From an uncultured Thermococci archaeon (GTDB lineage Archaea; CAYQAE01; CAYVLA01), in the NCBI GenBank assembly GCA_964549615.1, contig CAZJVP010000090.1, positions 1-64,000 of the forward strand: a stretch of DNA of 64,000 bases. Reading direction: 5' to 3'. The translations under genes and the position numbers were made by a program. Shown one piece after another: positions 10,289-21,317 of this stretch (position 1 is its first letter; the number at the start of each line of letters is the position of its first letter). Under the pieces are notes generated by a model that was not told the DNA's origin, made no database searches, and worked only from the letters and a program-made list of their open reading frames with translations.

Positions 10289-10354
10289 AGGGAGGGACAC
10301 CGCAGGGCCCATTGGCTGCGCACGATCCTGTCACCTGGCCCGTGGCCCGGTTTG

Positions 10355-11587
10355 CTACCTCGTTCTGAACTGGGTGGATGCTACCTGCCTGTACATGCGG
10401 CGCCGCACCATCAGGCTCCACAGCACGAAGCCGCAGACAAGAAAGGTCGCGGTCACGGAAAGCCACTCCGACACGTAGACCCATAGCAGCGCCTCGTTCT
10501 TCACGCTCTCAGCTACCGATTCAGCATGATCCATCAGTTCCAACGCCCGTGCGGCCCGCTCCAAGGCCGCCTCGAAGTCCTGCTCGAGATAGAGGGTTGC
10601 GGCCTCGGCCTTGACGGAGTCCGCGTTCTGGAGCGCAAGGTAAACCTTCTTTGGATTTGCCCCGAACTTGTCAACGAAGTCTATGAGGGACGCAATGATT
10701 ATCCTCCGGTAGGCGAAGGTGGCCATCCTGGTCCTCACCGTGTGCACCAGATCCAGGTCTACGGGTATTGGCCTCTTGGCGCAGTAGAGCATCAGGTTTG
10801 TTGCGAAATCGGGGAGGTACTCCCAGGTCAGAAAGACCGCCCCTCCTCCTGGCGTCCAGTCGCCGGTCATAGCAAATACCGTTCCGTTGCGGTACTCCCA
10901 TGTTGAAAAGAAGGGATTCTCGTAGCCTTTGTGGAATCCAGCATCTATGGTAACGATCGCCAGCACCTGTGCGCCGGCCCTTGCTCTGACGATGTTGGAG
11001 TCGTACCTGACCAGAAACGGAAGGTCCGGCCGCCAGGGGAGGCTCCTCATGAAGACATGCTCAGTGTCCAAGATCGTAACCTTGCCGCCCAGATACGATC
11101 CAGCCTCGGTGTCCACGGGCAAGACCTCACCGACCGGCGTGACCCCCCAGTCCATGTTGCCAGCTACCCCGCCGAAGGTCTCGTATCCGCCTATCATGAC
11201 GAGCCCCAACCCCTCGGCCGCAACGGCGTCCCTGAACCACACGCGGTGCGCGGCGGTAAAGCTGTCGACGTTGGAGTCGCTTATGATGATCACGTCGTAG
11301 CTCTGCACAAGCGACTCGTACGTCCTGGGCATATAGACGCGGATCGCCCTAATAATATCCTGCGCCGAGATCCCGGCGTAGTGGGCCCTTGAAGCCTGGA
11401 CCGGCGTTACCTCAAGGAACGGTTCGGCCTTCATGTGGATGTACGGAGTTTGGCCCGGGTAGGGATCGCCTGTGTAGAGCACCCTCACCTTGGATGGCGT
11501 TTGGCCCGTCGCGAAAGGCAGGAGCAGAGATATGAGAAACATCACGAAGAGGGATGAGGCAACGCGTAGCATCGGCGTCCACCTCAA
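10355..11587 (-). CDS. Surface protein paralogue 3
   Basis: KVRVLYTGDPYPG, GLGLVMIGGYETFGG, GDWTPGGG and FVDKFGAN; C-terminus WVYVSEWLSVT...MVRRRMYRQVAST. Confidence 0.8.
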   Translation of the reverse strand: MRWTPMLRVASSLFVMFLISLLLPFATGQTPSKVRVLYTGDPYPGQTPYIHMKAEPFLEVTPVQASRAHYAGISAQDIIRAIRVYMPRTYESLVQSYDVIIISDSNVDSFTAAHRVWFRDAVAAEGLGLVMIGGYETFGGVAGNMDWGVTPVGEVLPVDTEAGSYLGGKVTILDTEHVFMRSLPWRPDLPFLVRYDSNIVRARAGAQVLAIVTIDAGFHKGYENPFFSTWEYRNGTVFAMTGDWTPGGGAVFLTWEYLPDFATNLMLYCAKRPIPVDLDLVHTVRTRMATFAYRRIIIASLIDFVDKFGANPKKVYLALQNADSVKAEAATLYLEQDFEAALERAARALELMDHAESVAESVKNEALLWVYVSEWLSVTATFLVCGFVLWSLMVRRRMYRQVASTQFRTR

Positions 11588-11873
11588 GAGGTTGGGCGAG
11601 AGCGCCTTGGGCGTGTGCCCTACTTAAATAGCTTCGCTCAGAAACTCAGAAACCAAGAAACCGGTTCTCCCCAAAGCCGGATGTGGAGGCGCGATGCAGG
11701 GGACTGGCAATTCGGTAACCATGGCAAGGGTACAGACGATGTCAAAGTCTTGGCTGCCTCGGTGCAGATCCTTCATCGTGCCCAGGGATACGAAATATCA
11801 AGACTGTGCTGGAAGCCCGCGTTCTCGCGGCCGCCAGCCGACGAAAGGTGAAGGTAGCCTATGCTACGATCTT

Positions 11874-12290
11874 TCACTTGGGGAGCCATCCTGAGGTTCT
11901 CAGGATCTCCTGAACCTTGCTGAGAACGAAGACCGCATCGCGATGCGCCTGTCTTGCCTCGCGTTCCCCATACAGTTTCTCGCCGTAGAAGGCAGGACCC
12001 CTCTCCTCACAGAGACGAGTGCACACCCAAGCCATCCTGTCCAGCATTTCCCGATCCACCTCCCCGATCTTCTTCCGCACGGCGTCTGCGAAGACCCTGC
12101 CGACGTCGTGGATCTTCGGGTACTCAACGCCCAAAACAGCAAGTCCTCCCTTCAAAGCAAGCTCGGCAACCTCCTGGGCGCGTCTTACCGCCATGCTGAA
12201 ATCGCCTTCTCGCAGTGCACCCTCAAGGTCCCGCTTACAAAGCCTCTCTGCGCTTAGAAGGAGGTCCTGTCCTTTCTTGCGGTTGTTCAT
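11874..12290 (-). CDS. HEPN domain protein (MNT-HEPN pair)
   Basis: AQEVAELALKG...YPKIHDV...RGPAFYG. Its ATG overlaps the MNT stop codon (ATGA). Confidence 0.85.
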   Translation of the reverse strand: MNNRKKGQDLLLSAERLCKRDLEGALREGDFSMAVRRAQEVAELALKGGLAVLGVEYPKIHDVGRVFADAVRKKIGEVDREMLDRMAWVCTRLCEERGPAFYGEKLYGEREARQAHRDAVFVLSKVQEILRTSGWLPK

Positions 12291-12793
12291 AAGCTGAATA
12301 CCTCGCCGGGCTTTAGGTCTGGTTTCAGATCCCAGTACCATGTCCCGTCGTCCAGCCAGACCCTCTTCGACCCTAGCTGCCTGAGACGTTGCTTCACCTC
12401 CTCAAGCCTTTGGGCGAAGAAACCGCCGCGATCGTGGAGTATCCTTGCGTCCTCCACCATGTCCAGGTAGATGTACCTGTTCTCCCTTGCCTCCTTCATC
12501 GACAGGATGAGGTAACTGATTCTGGGTTCGGTGCCCAGACTTCTCATCGATCTCCTGAACACATCCTCTTCGCGGAGGCGGGACTGTACATCGAGAACCC
12601 GGTCCAAACGGCGGTGATAGTTCCTAGCCGGGTTCCTGATTATCAACAGAAGGTCGATGTCGCTCTCAGGCTTTGCCACGCCTCTAGCCACGGAGCCGTA
12701 CAGGACGACGGAGACCAGGGATTCCCCCAGTGTCTCTTTCAGCAACTCCACGAGCTTCTCTAAGAGCTCGCTGTAGAATTCAAACCCGAGCAT
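12287..12793 (-). CDS. Minimal nucleotidyltransferase (MNT) domain protein
   Basis: VVLYGSVARG...SDIDLL; archaeal MNT C-terminus WYWDLKPD. Confidence 0.85.
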   Translation of the reverse strand: MLGFEFYSELLEKLVELLKETLGESLVSVVLYGSVARGVAKPESDIDLLLIIRNPARNYHRRLDRVLDVQSRLREEDVFRRSMRSLGTEPRISYLILSMKEARENRYIYLDMVEDARILHDRGGFFAQRLEEVKQRLRQLGSKRVWLDDGTWYWDLKPDLKPGEVFSL

Positions 12794-13239
12794 CTGGCCG
12801 TTCCTCGTCCTCCTCAAGGTTGCGCACCGCTTTGCCGGACCATGCGCAGACATGACGATGTGACTATACCAGCGCGCAAACAACGGTGAAGGACCTCTTA
12901 AAGCTTAGCTTGGTTCGGTTCCTTGGGCGAGGGCACCAAGTGGCGTGGGGATCCAGTTGCGGAGAATACTGTCCACAAGTTCCGGGAGGACACCGTCTCT
13001 GCATGTCCAAGTCTCGCGCACGCTACACATTTGGCAAAGGATCTTGCGGGGGACACAAGGAAGCGCCTTTGGCATCCCAAGCGCTCGAATGCCTCAGAAT
13101 GAGGTTGTCAGGCCGTTTGTCGTTTTCTGGGATTCACGTGTTCTGGCGTGGGACGTAGCAGGCAATGTGGTTTTCCGCGACCGTTCGTTGGCCCAGTGGG
13201 GACAGCCAGATGGGCAGCTGGGGTTCGAAAACCACTCGC

Positions 13240-15405
13240 TTACTGGTCAGTCGAATTCCCCCGCCAGATCAGCTTAGCAGGGATGGCGTAGAGCTCGTCC
13301 ACCCCCTCACGAAGGTAGAACGGTAGTTTCTCCTTGAGCCCGATCTCGCTAGTGTCGATGTCCTTGAAGCCCAACTTCAAGGCCGGCGACCCCGGCCTGA
13401 GGTGGAAGTTCCCGTTGGCGGGATCCACGAACATCGGATCCGCCACTATGCTGTGCTGATCGTACTTCCTGTCGAGGATGGTCAGCCATCTCTCCCAAGA
13501 CCCATCTGCCGGGCCGCCGCTCACGGTAAGCGGGCCGTTTGGCTTCCAGATGAGGTTGTAATCCGAAACCGCGACCCTGGTGTCGTTCCAGTTGATGAAA
13601 CCGTACACATCGCCCTTGGCCCCCTGGATGTAGATGATGTTTCTCAGGTATTCATGGCCCTGTGCCAGCTCGCCCGCCATCTCCATGCTCCTGATGGCCG
13701 CGGCGTTGCCGGGTGCCACGACGAGTATGTTGTTCTCTATCCTGTTCCCAACACCTTTGGTGAAGATGCATTGGTCGCCCCCTATTCCCATGACGTTGTA
13801 GATGATGTTGTTTGTAACGGTGAAGTAGTCCGCCCCGTCATCAAGGTAAATGCCGCTCTGCAGGGTAAGCCTGTAGTTACCAACGTCATGGATCAGGTTA
13901 TGATCGTACGTGTTGTCCCGCCCCGGCCCCCAGCATTCCATTGCCCCGGTATCCTGGCTGTCCAGATTCACATCGTGTATGTGGTTGTAGGCTATGAGGT
14001 TGTTGTGGGAGTAGAGATAGTCGTAATGGTTCTCTCGGGTTGCGCCCTCGATTCGCTTGATGATCTCGGTTGAGATCAAGCCCTTGATGGTCGTGCCGTA
14101 CCGGGGCATGTGGTGGATCTCGTTGTGCAGGATCTTGTTGTGGCCGCTCTGCGAGATCTCAACGCCGTAGCCGTGGCCGACTAGGCACCCGCAGTGGTGT
14201 ATGTGGTTGTTTTCCACGACGTTGTCATGGTTCACATCCGGCCCGCCGCCCACCCAGTATCCGGTCAGGGAGACGCCGTGCTGCCCATTGAACCGGATCA
14301 GGTTGCCGTAGACCACGATCCCTTGGGCGTGGTACGCTATCATCACCCCGTTGAGCCCCCCATTCTCTATCCGGCAGTACTTGACCGAGCAGTTCTCGGC
14401 CCCGCTTATTTCGACCACGTGCTTATTGCAGATGCCGAGCAAGAGGCCCTCGAGATGGACGTTCCTGACGGGTCTCTCGCTGGATCCCTTGATGAGAACC
14501 ACATTATCGGCGGTCGAGACCACCATCGTCTGATCCCCAATGGGTTCGCGGCTTGGCCAGCAGTAGACGTAGCCCTTGCTCAAGCTTATCTGGGCCTCGC
14601 CCGGATCGTCAAGAAACGCAAGCACGTTCCTGATGAAGTAGCGATTGCCCGGCGTCATGTCGTAGCCAGAGGCGGTTCCCATGGTGATGATCCTAGCCTC
14701 CGGGTCGACGTCGACTATGGGTTTCTCGGCCGAGAACCAGTCGTGCCCGGGCCAGATGAAAACCCTAGCGTCGGCGAAGTCCAAGCCGCTCGGTTCCAGG
14801 TCGGTGGGCTGGTAGTAGAAGGCCGTCTTTTCCTGTCCTGGGACCGGCCCGGCGATCTTGAAGTAGTCCCATTCGGGCTTGCGCGCCAGTTCCATCCTCC
14901 GCCCGTTCTCGAAAACTTGGAGGGGTTTCGTCCCGTTGGGTATCGGCGCTCGCCAGATCCCGTGCTGGTGTGGGGCCCAGTCGGTTAACCTCAGCCCTCC
15001 AACCAGGCTAGGCGTCTCCGCCGGGTACGCGGCGTACGTTATCGAATGCTCCTCGGTACCCGAATCCTCGGGTCCCAATGCGAATCCCTCCGGAAGGTAG
15101 TAGGTACCCCCTCTGACCAAGACCCTTACGTCCTTGGTCAGGTTTTCGGCGACGATTCTCCGAACCTCATCGCGGGCCCTCTGAAGGGTGGCGAAAGGCC
15201 CATCCGTCCTCGCGCGGTTCGGTGAAGGAAGCGTGCCTGACCATGAATCATTGCCGTTCGTTGCCACGTAGAAAGTCAACTCCGCCTGTTCCCTGCGCCT
15301 CAAAATCATCGACCCGAATGCCAGTGCAACCAGCGCGATTAGGATCACTCCGGCTACCTCCCTTCTGGGCAACAACGACGATCCCGCCCTGCTGAAGACC
15401 TGCAT
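13240..15405 (-). CDS. Membrane-anchored right-handed parallel beta-helix protein (pectin lyase-like glycan enzyme)
   Basis: N-terminal TM; FYVATNGND...DGPFATL; repeated N-x-I-x-x-N-x-I-H-H motifs; DPMFVDP...LRPGSPA. Confidence 0.8.
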   Translation of the reverse strand: MQVFSRAGSSLLPRREVAGVILIALVALAFGSMILRRREQAELTFYVATNGNDSWSGTLPSPNRARTDGPFATLQRARDEVRRIVAENLTKDVRVLVRGGTYYLPEGFALGPEDSGTEEHSITYAAYPAETPSLVGGLRLTDWAPHQHGIWRAPIPNGTKPLQVFENGRRMELARKPEWDYFKIAGPVPGQEKTAFYYQPTDLEPSGLDFADARVFIWPGHDWFSAEKPIVDVDPEARIITMGTASGYDMTPGNRYFIRNVLAFLDDPGEAQISLSKGYVYCWPSREPIGDQTMVVSTADNVVLIKGSSERPVRNVHLEGLLLGICNKHVVEISGAENCSVKYCRIENGGLNGVMIAYHAQGIVVYGNLIRFNGQHGVSLTGYWVGGGPDVNHDNVVENNHIHHCGCLVGHGYGVEISQSGHNKILHNEIHHMPRYGTTIKGLISTEIIKRIEGATRENHYDYLYSHNNLIAYNHIHDVNLDSQDTGAMECWGPGRDNTYDHNLIHDVGNYRLTLQSGIYLDDGADYFTVTNNIIYNVMGIGGDQCIFTKGVGNRIENNILVVAPGNAAAIRSMEMAGELAQGHEYLRNIIYIQGAKGDVYGFINWNDTRVAVSDYNLIWKPNGPLTVSGGPADGSWERWLTILDRKYDQHSIVADPMFVDPANGNFHLRPGSPALKLGFKDIDTSEIGLKEKLPFYLREGVDELYAIPAKLIWRGNSTDQ

Positions 15406-15574
15406 GGTTCCTCGATCGCATTGAATACTGTGACGGTCGCCTGTACCGGTTGGGAAATGCCGCTAATCATCCGACGATAATCGATCTACCGGCCACCGCG
15501 TCGGGTCGGCTCTGAAGCTGGACCGAGCGACCGAGCGAGAAACACATTATAGGTTTGGCCAGCGCTGCTTCAAC

Positions 15575-15781
15575 GTGGACAGCAAGTTCGGGCCGGCCGT
15601 ACCGATTGCGATATCGATCATCGGGGGCATCGGCTGGGTCGTCTTCATACTCCTGCATGCGTTCTTCTGGTCCGAGGGTTTCACGCTCTTCCAGAACATC
15701 GTCATCGGGATCGTCTCGCTGCTGATCGTGATCGCCATCCTGGGAGTCACCTGGGTAGTTTGGGCCCTGAGAGCGGCATGA
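15575..15781 (+). CDS. Small two-TM membrane protein
   Basis: 68 aa with two hydrophobic helices around FTLFQNI; a TTATA element lies upstream at ~15547. Confidence 0.65.
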   Translation: MDSKFGPAVPIAISIIGGIGWVVFILLHAFFWSEGFTLFQNIVIGIVSLLIVIAILGVTWVVWALRAA

Positions 15782-15813
15782 CCCTCCTCAGCCACCCGTG
15801 TCTCTAATCCCCG

Positions 15814-17223
15814 TCAGTACGGAAGGGTCGACTGAACCAGAACCGCTTCGGGCGGGGAGCATATGTGCAGCTCCTGACCGAGGTCAACCTCGCCGGTCCA
15901 GACGGGACGAGGAAAACCTTCCAGATCGACCATCGTGTCCTTGCTGTAGAGGAATGCCTTCGTGTGCTGCCTTCCCGCGTCCGGGAGCTTGACGTTTACG
16001 TCGACTGGCTTTGGTCCGCGGTTGACCAAGCAGATGGACCAGGCCCTGCACCCGAATCCGGACGGAATGCTTGCGACAAGCAGCCGCCAGTCCTGGGAAG
16101 GTTGTTGCGTTCGATACGTGGCACACCCCTTCGGGAAATACCTCGACAGAAGCGACCAAGCATGGAACCAAGGCCGCAGTTTGAGTCCCTTCTCCTTGTT
16201 CGTCCACATGCCCCAGTAGAAGCCGGGGTGCGAGTTGTCGTCCAGCATCCAGGCTGAGACGGCGCTAGCGCCTGCGCGGGCCGCCTGGACCGCGTAATCG
16301 GCCATGAAGAGGCCGTAGTCGTAACTGTCTATTCTCCGGTTGCCATAGGGATGATCCGCCTCGTCGTTAAGGCCCGCCTCGCCCACGACGAAGGGCTTCC
16401 CGCCCGACTCAGGGTCGTTGGCCCGGATATACTCCAACTGTTGGCGGAGGTACCCCTCCAGCAAACCTGGGCGGACGACGTCATCGCGCTCGTAGCGGTG
16501 GATCTCGTAGGCGCCGAGCAAGATCCGAAGCTGATCCACCGAGTTGCGGAGCCATTCATCGGCGTTGGAGTGGTCCGGCCCCATGAGAGTGACCCGTTCG
16601 TCCAGGTGCCTTTCGGCGAAAACGCGCGCGACGTTCTCCAAGCCCGTCTTCCACCTATCCCAGTCCCCCACCTCGTAGTTGGGCTCGTTGACGAGGATGA
16701 AGTACTTGATGCAGCTGTAACCCCTCTGGTTCACCAGGTAGTCCATGTACGTGCCGATCGCCTCCGCATAGACCGGATCCGCGACATCCTTGACCCCAGG
16801 AATCCTAAGCCACTCCGGCTCGCAACCCCAGTCCGTGAGGAGGACGGTGATGCCCTCTCGCTGGCAGAGGTCGAGCTGTCGGTACAGCCTCTTCATCTCG
16901 GGGGTTTCCCAATCGAACTTTCCCTGCCCAAGGTAGCACCACTTGGTCTGCATCATGGACCTGACCACGGGCAGCCTCATCCATCGGATGCGATCGGCGA
17001 TCAGTTCGAAGTCCTCGTCCGTCACCCCATGCTCGTCGTAGCCCCTGGAGTCCCACTCTGCGCCGAAGCCCAGAAAACTATCGCGGGAGACCAACTCCAA
17101 CGCGATCGAAGCTGGCCCGGCCTTGCCGCGCCTGGATGTCAGGCCAACTGAGCAGAGCCACGCAAGCGCCAACCCGCATGCTAGGCCCGCGCCCCATGCC
17201 ACCCGCCTCAGCGTCGCTTGCAA
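15814..17223 (-). CDS. Secreted/anchored clan GH-A glycoside hydrolase (GH30/GH39-like)
   Basis: Signal-like N-terminus; FLGFGAEWD, VNEPN and VVGEAG; C-terminal beta-sandwich. Confidence 0.7.
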   Translation of the reverse strand: MQATLRRVAWGAGLACGLALAWLCSVGLTSRRGKAGPASIALELVSRDSFLGFGAEWDSRGYDEHGVTDEDFELIADRIRWMRLPVVRSMMQTKWCYLGQGKFDWETPEMKRLYRQLDLCQREGITVLLTDWGCEPEWLRIPGVKDVADPVYAEAIGTYMDYLVNQRGYSCIKYFILVNEPNYEVGDWDRWKTGLENVARVFAERHLDERVTLMGPDHSNADEWLRNSVDQLRILLGAYEIHRYERDDVVRPGLLEGYLRQQLEYIRANDPESGGKPFVVGEAGLNDEADHPYGNRRIDSYDYGLFMADYAVQAARAGASAVSAWMLDDNSHPGFYWGMWTNKEKGLKLRPWFHAWSLLSRYFPKGCATYRTQQPSQDWRLLVASIPSGFGCRAWSICLVNRGPKPVDVNVKLPDAGRQHTKAFLYSKDTMVDLEGFPRPVWTGEVDLGQELHICSPPEAVLVQSTLPY

Positions 17224-17281
17224 CCTTGTTTCCTCCGGTGGAGATCACGAGGGCTCAGAGAGCATTGGCCGCGTCAGGAGG

Positions 17282-18481
17282 CTAACGCGCTCTTGTCACC
17301 TTGACCTCTCTGTACAGCCGCCTCCTGATCATCAGGGTCCACAACAGAGCCCCGCAGATCATGGCGGTTGCGGTCACCGCGAACCACTCAACCACGTAGG
17401 TCCATAGCAGCGCCCGCTCCTTGAGCGCCATCAACTGATCCGACAACGATCTGAACATCTCCTCGGTTTCCTGCAGCCTCGATAGCGCGTCAGGGTAGGC
17501 CTGCTCGAGGTAGAGCTGCTCGGCGTTCCTCTCCACAAGGCCAATCTCTACAAGGCTTCTCTCGGCGGGAGAAATCCGAGCGCCGAACTTCTCAACAAAC
17601 TCCATCAGGCTAATCGCAAGCGCCCGCCTCGTGAAGTAATTGTGGAACCTCGTTCGGATGTCGTGCATGAGATCGAGGTCCTCGGGGATCTTTGCGCCAG
17701 CGTTGAGGAAGTTCATGTTGACCACGTAATCCGGGTAGAATCGCCAGTCATACATTACTGAAGTGCCCCACGCTGGCGTCCAATCCGGCGTGTGGGCGAG
17801 ACCCGAACCTTCCCCGTACTGCCAGTAGACCAGGACGGGGTGCTTTGGCTCGGCCGCCATCTGCAGGAGAATCTTGGCTCCCTCCTTGGGCTCAACGACG
17901 TTCATCCCGCCGAACGGCGGCATCGTGTTCCACGGCAGCGACCTAACGAAGGGGTCATCCGGATAGTTGGCCACCACCTTGAAGCTGATCTCGTAAGTCT
18001 TTCCATCAACGCACTCCACAGGCAACGCCTCCTCTACGGACGAACCCTTCCATGTGGGATAGCCTTTCCCCCCGAAGGCCTCGATTCCCCCGACCATCAT
18101 GAGGCCCATCCCCGTCTTCTCGACGCCGCGCTTGAACCACTCCAGCTGATCGGCCCTGTACAGCCCCCGGTTGGTATCGCTGAGAATGATCAGATCGTAG
18201 GAAGTGGTGAGGTCATCGAAGGTTCTCGGCATGTAAACCCTCATGAACTGGCGCAGCTGGCGATCGTTGTAGGTGCCTATGTGGGCATAGGTCGCGGGGA
18301 TGGGCGTCCCGGTGAAGGACGGCTCCTCCATCATGTAGGTGTAGGGGGTTGGACCCCATGCATCGCCGATGTAGAGGATCCTGATCCTGTTGGTTACCGG
18401 ATCCCTGCGGACATCGCGGCCGCATGCTCCTGGGATCTGGGCAGTTATCAAAACCAGGACAACAGCGCATGCGGCTCTCAT
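17282..18481 (-). CDS. Surface protein paralogue 4
   Basis: RRDPVTNRIRILYIGD, GMGLMMVGGIEAFGG, PDWTPAWG and FVEKFGA; C-terminus WTYVVEWFAVT...MIRRRLYREVKVT. Start placed at the ATG before the signal peptide. Confidence 0.8.
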   Translation of the reverse strand: MRAACAVVLVLITAQIPGACGRDVRRDPVTNRIRILYIGDAWGPTPYTYMMEEPSFTGTPIPATYAHIGTYNDRQLRQFMRVYMPRTFDDLTTSYDLIILSDTNRGLYRADQLEWFKRGVEKTGMGLMMVGGIEAFGGKGYPTWKGSSVEEALPVECVDGKTYEISFKVVANYPDDPFVRSLPWNTMPPFGGMNVVEPKEGAKILLQMAAEPKHPVLVYWQYGEGSGLAHTPDWTPAWGTSVMYDWRFYPDYVVNMNFLNAGAKIPEDLDLMHDIRTRFHNYFTRRALAISLMEFVEKFGARISPAERSLVEIGLVERNAEQLYLEQAYPDALSRLQETEEMFRSLSDQLMALKERALLWTYVVEWFAVTATAMICGALLWTLMIRRRLYREVKVTRAR

Positions 18482-18606
18482 TCTGTAAGTACCGTTTCGG
18501 GCCCACGATAAAAAACCTACGTTCCTGCCTGGAACTGCCCACCCGGACATCGTCGCGGCCGGCCTGTTGTCCAGACGCCACATCACTCCCCAACCGATCG
18601 AGACCT

Positions 18607-19476
18607 TCAACCTCGCCGAAGTCCCAGCAGTCTTACAGCATTCTCACGTGCTATCTTCCTAAAGACCCTCCTATCGATGTCCCCCGAGTCCTTCAACTCG
18701 AGCAGGAGATCAACCAACGGGGTTGGATTGTCCGGCGCACAGATGTCCAGGCCGAAGAGGAGCCGGTCCTCGAACTCGTTGAGGAAGCGCACGGCATTCT
18801 CCTTGTCCCTAGCAAGGGCATTGTAGCCGCTCCGCGCCGATAGATCCCCGTAGAGGTTTGGGTAACGCCTCATCAACCTCTGCACCGCGCCCTCCTGCCT
18901 GACTGGGTAGCTGGGATATCCCTTCCTATCCTCAGGCTTTCTAAGTCTGGCGATCTCGGCCCAGAACGGGGGCCCGTGGCCGAGGAAGATGAGATTAGGG
19001 AATGCCCTCAGGCAATGCTCAAGCTGCGGAAGTCCCGGTTCGTCGTACAGGCCGTATGCACAACCTATCCGCGTTGCCATGTCGAATGTTAGAGGCAAGC
19101 CAACATTTTCGACCCACCTGAAGAGATTCTGCACCATCGGGTGCAGGAAGGGCATGTTGGGCATGACCTCGCCAACCCCCTTGCAACCGCAATCGCGGTA
19201 GTGCCTGAGCAGCTCACCGAGGGGAGCATCCACGGAATTGGTCATGGCGCGAGGATCCAGGTTGCAGAACGGGATGAAACGCCCGCCGGATGTTTCGGCG
19301 ATCTCGAGTACTTCTTCGTTGGATTGGGGGAGGTAGACCTCGGGGCTGACCAGGGGCAGAAGGACGGCGCGCTCCACACCGATCGCGTCGTAGCGTTCAA
19401 CCAACTGGCTGGGCGTGCAGAAGTTGCGCGGCCCAACTCGCCTGTAGGCATGGGCGTGGATATCGATGAACACCAT
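18607..19476 (-). CDS. Amidohydrolase_2 family metal-dependent hydrolase
   Basis: IDIHAH, GCKGVGE, FLGHG and RLLFGLD. Confidence 0.85.
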   Translation of the reverse strand: MVFIDIHAHAYRRVGPRNFCTPSQLVERYDAIGVERAVLLPLVSPEVYLPQSNEEVLEIAETSGGRFIPFCNLDPRAMTNSVDAPLGELLRHYRDCGCKGVGEVMPNMPFLHPMVQNLFRWVENVGLPLTFDMATRIGCAYGLYDEPGLPQLEHCLRAFPNLIFLGHGPPFWAEIARLRKPEDRKGYPSYPVRQEGAVQRLMRRYPNLYGDLSARSGYNALARDKENAVRFLNEFEDRLLFGLDICAPDNPTPLVDLLLELKDSGDIDRRVFRKIARENAVRLLGLRRG

Positions 19477-19715
19477 CGTCCTCCCTCGCAGGCCCTTGGC
19501 TAACAACCTCTAATAGTTTTGGCCGGCAAGACCTGCCGAGGCCTTCTGCAAGACGCCCGTGAGCCGCAGAACGATAGCCCTCACCCCGGCCGATCACCAT
19601 CGAAGCATGAAAGTCGACGGTCACGGCGTTTCGTCCACGGGACGGAGAACAACGCAGCTGCGGCCTTGCATCAAGCATGAGACCCGGCCGTCACGCCAGC
19701 CGTACGCCTAGCACA

Positions 19716-20918
19716 TCACTCAACCGCCCTCGTCATCCCAACCTCCCTGTAGAGGGCTCTCCTCACCATCAGCCACCAGACAAGTGTCCCCGCCATGGTG
19801 GCGGTGGCCGACACAACGCACCACTCCGCCACGTGCACCCACAGCAGTGCCTCCTTCTTGACCTTCATCATCTCCGCCTCCAGCACCGGATACTGTTTCA
19901 GCACGTCCTCGAGCATGTCGGCCGCGGCCACCGGGTCGTTGTCCGTGACGTAGGCCTCCCGTGCTTCCTTAACCTTCTCCTCCAAGGCATCGAACTTGCG
20001 CTCGACGACGTTCACCTTCCCGCCGAAGCTCTCTATGAACTCCAACGTCGAAGCCGTGATGATCTTCCTGATCCTGGTCTCAACGAAGAGCTTCCTGGCC
20101 CTGTGCGCTGCGTCAAGATCCCCCGGCACCGGCTCGTCCGCGACGAAGAGCACCTGGTTGTAGACGAGATCCGGCCCGTACTCCCAGACCCTCACCTCAT
20201 TCCGCATGTTGTCCCAGCCGTGGTCTATCTGGAGGGTGTTCCCCCTGCCGAACTTCCCGGTCACGACGGCCGGCGTGCCCCTTCCTCTCCACTCGGCATC
20301 CACGACGCTCCCGGGCCTGGGAAACAGGTCACCTTGGTGGCCCGAGTTTATCGGTATCTCCTCGATGCCAGGCAGGTTGAAGATCGGATCCCTCCTTAGA
20401 ATCTTGTAGTATGTCCTGCCCTTGTTCGCCGGGATGTCGGTGGATAAGTCCACCTCGGCCGGGAAGGCCTGGTAGAGGGTTGTCTTCATCCACATGTCCA
20501 TGTAGTTGGAGCCGGCGCCCCAGTTGGCAAATTCGATGAGTCCTAAGCCCAGGCCAACCTCCTCGACGGCCCGCCTGAAGTTCTGTATGTGGGAGCCTTC
20601 AAGCGCCAACGGGCCGAAATCTTCGAACATCATCGCGTCGTATCCCTCCGCAAGGGCCTTGAAGGTTCGAGGGATGTAGAGGCGCGTGAGCCTCTTTGCC
20701 TCGGAAAGCTGGATGTGCTGGGTCGAGCAGGGCACTATGGCCAGGTCGAACCTCGGCTCCGCGGCCAGCCAGTCAAGGAAAACCGTATTCCAGAAGTAGT
20801 ACTCGCCAAGGAAAAGGACCCTTATCCGGCCCGTTCCGGGTTCCACGCGACAATCAACCGGCGAGAAGTTCACGGTTGCAAGAAGCAGAAGGAGAATGGT
20901 GCCGGTCCGAGAAAGCAC
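19716..20918 (-). CDS. Surface protein paralogue 5
   Basis: GRIRVLFLGE, RLYIPRT, HGWDN and FIESFGG; C-terminus WVHVAEWCVVS...MVRRALYREVGMT. Confidence 0.8.
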   Translation of the reverse strand: MLSRTGTILLLLLATVNFSPVDCRVEPGTGRIRVLFLGEYYFWNTVFLDWLAAEPRFDLAIVPCSTQHIQLSEAKRLTRLYIPRTFKALAEGYDAMMFEDFGPLALEGSHIQNFRRAVEEVGLGLGLIEFANWGAGSNYMDMWMKTTLYQAFPAEVDLSTDIPANKGRTYYKILRRDPIFNLPGIEEIPINSGHQGDLFPRPGSVVDAEWRGRGTPAVVTGKFGRGNTLQIDHGWDNMRNEVRVWEYGPDLVYNQVLFVADEPVPGDLDAAHRARKLFVETRIRKIITASTLEFIESFGGKVNVVERKFDALEEKVKEAREAYVTDNDPVAAADMLEDVLKQYPVLEAEMMKVKKEALLWVHVAEWCVVSATATMAGTLVWWLMVRRALYREVGMTRAVE

Positions 20919-21317
20919 GGGCGGGGCTTGAGGCAGAGTAATTTATGGATTTCTTCGCCCTTGCTCATCGGCGGGGAATCTGAAGTAAGCTCCCTTCACC
21001 TGACGGTGCCCACCAAGCACGCACCTCGGACCGATGATTGATCCGGACCCTTTACCCGCGGTCCCTAGAATACCTTACGATCGCTTTGCCACATCGCCCG
21101 AAAGGGCCGATTCGCCGGACGCTGAATCGTGGCAAAATCCATGGATCTTTCGCGGCAACGAGACATGGAGGCAACCTAGCGCCGACGGCGGAATTGGTTT
21201 CCCAGGTCGTACGGTGGATCACAGGCGCGGATCCGTTTGCACTCACCAAACAAAATAAATGGGATGATGCCTAGCGCGTAAGCGATCCTTCAGCTCACCC
21301 AACACCCGGAGATCACA

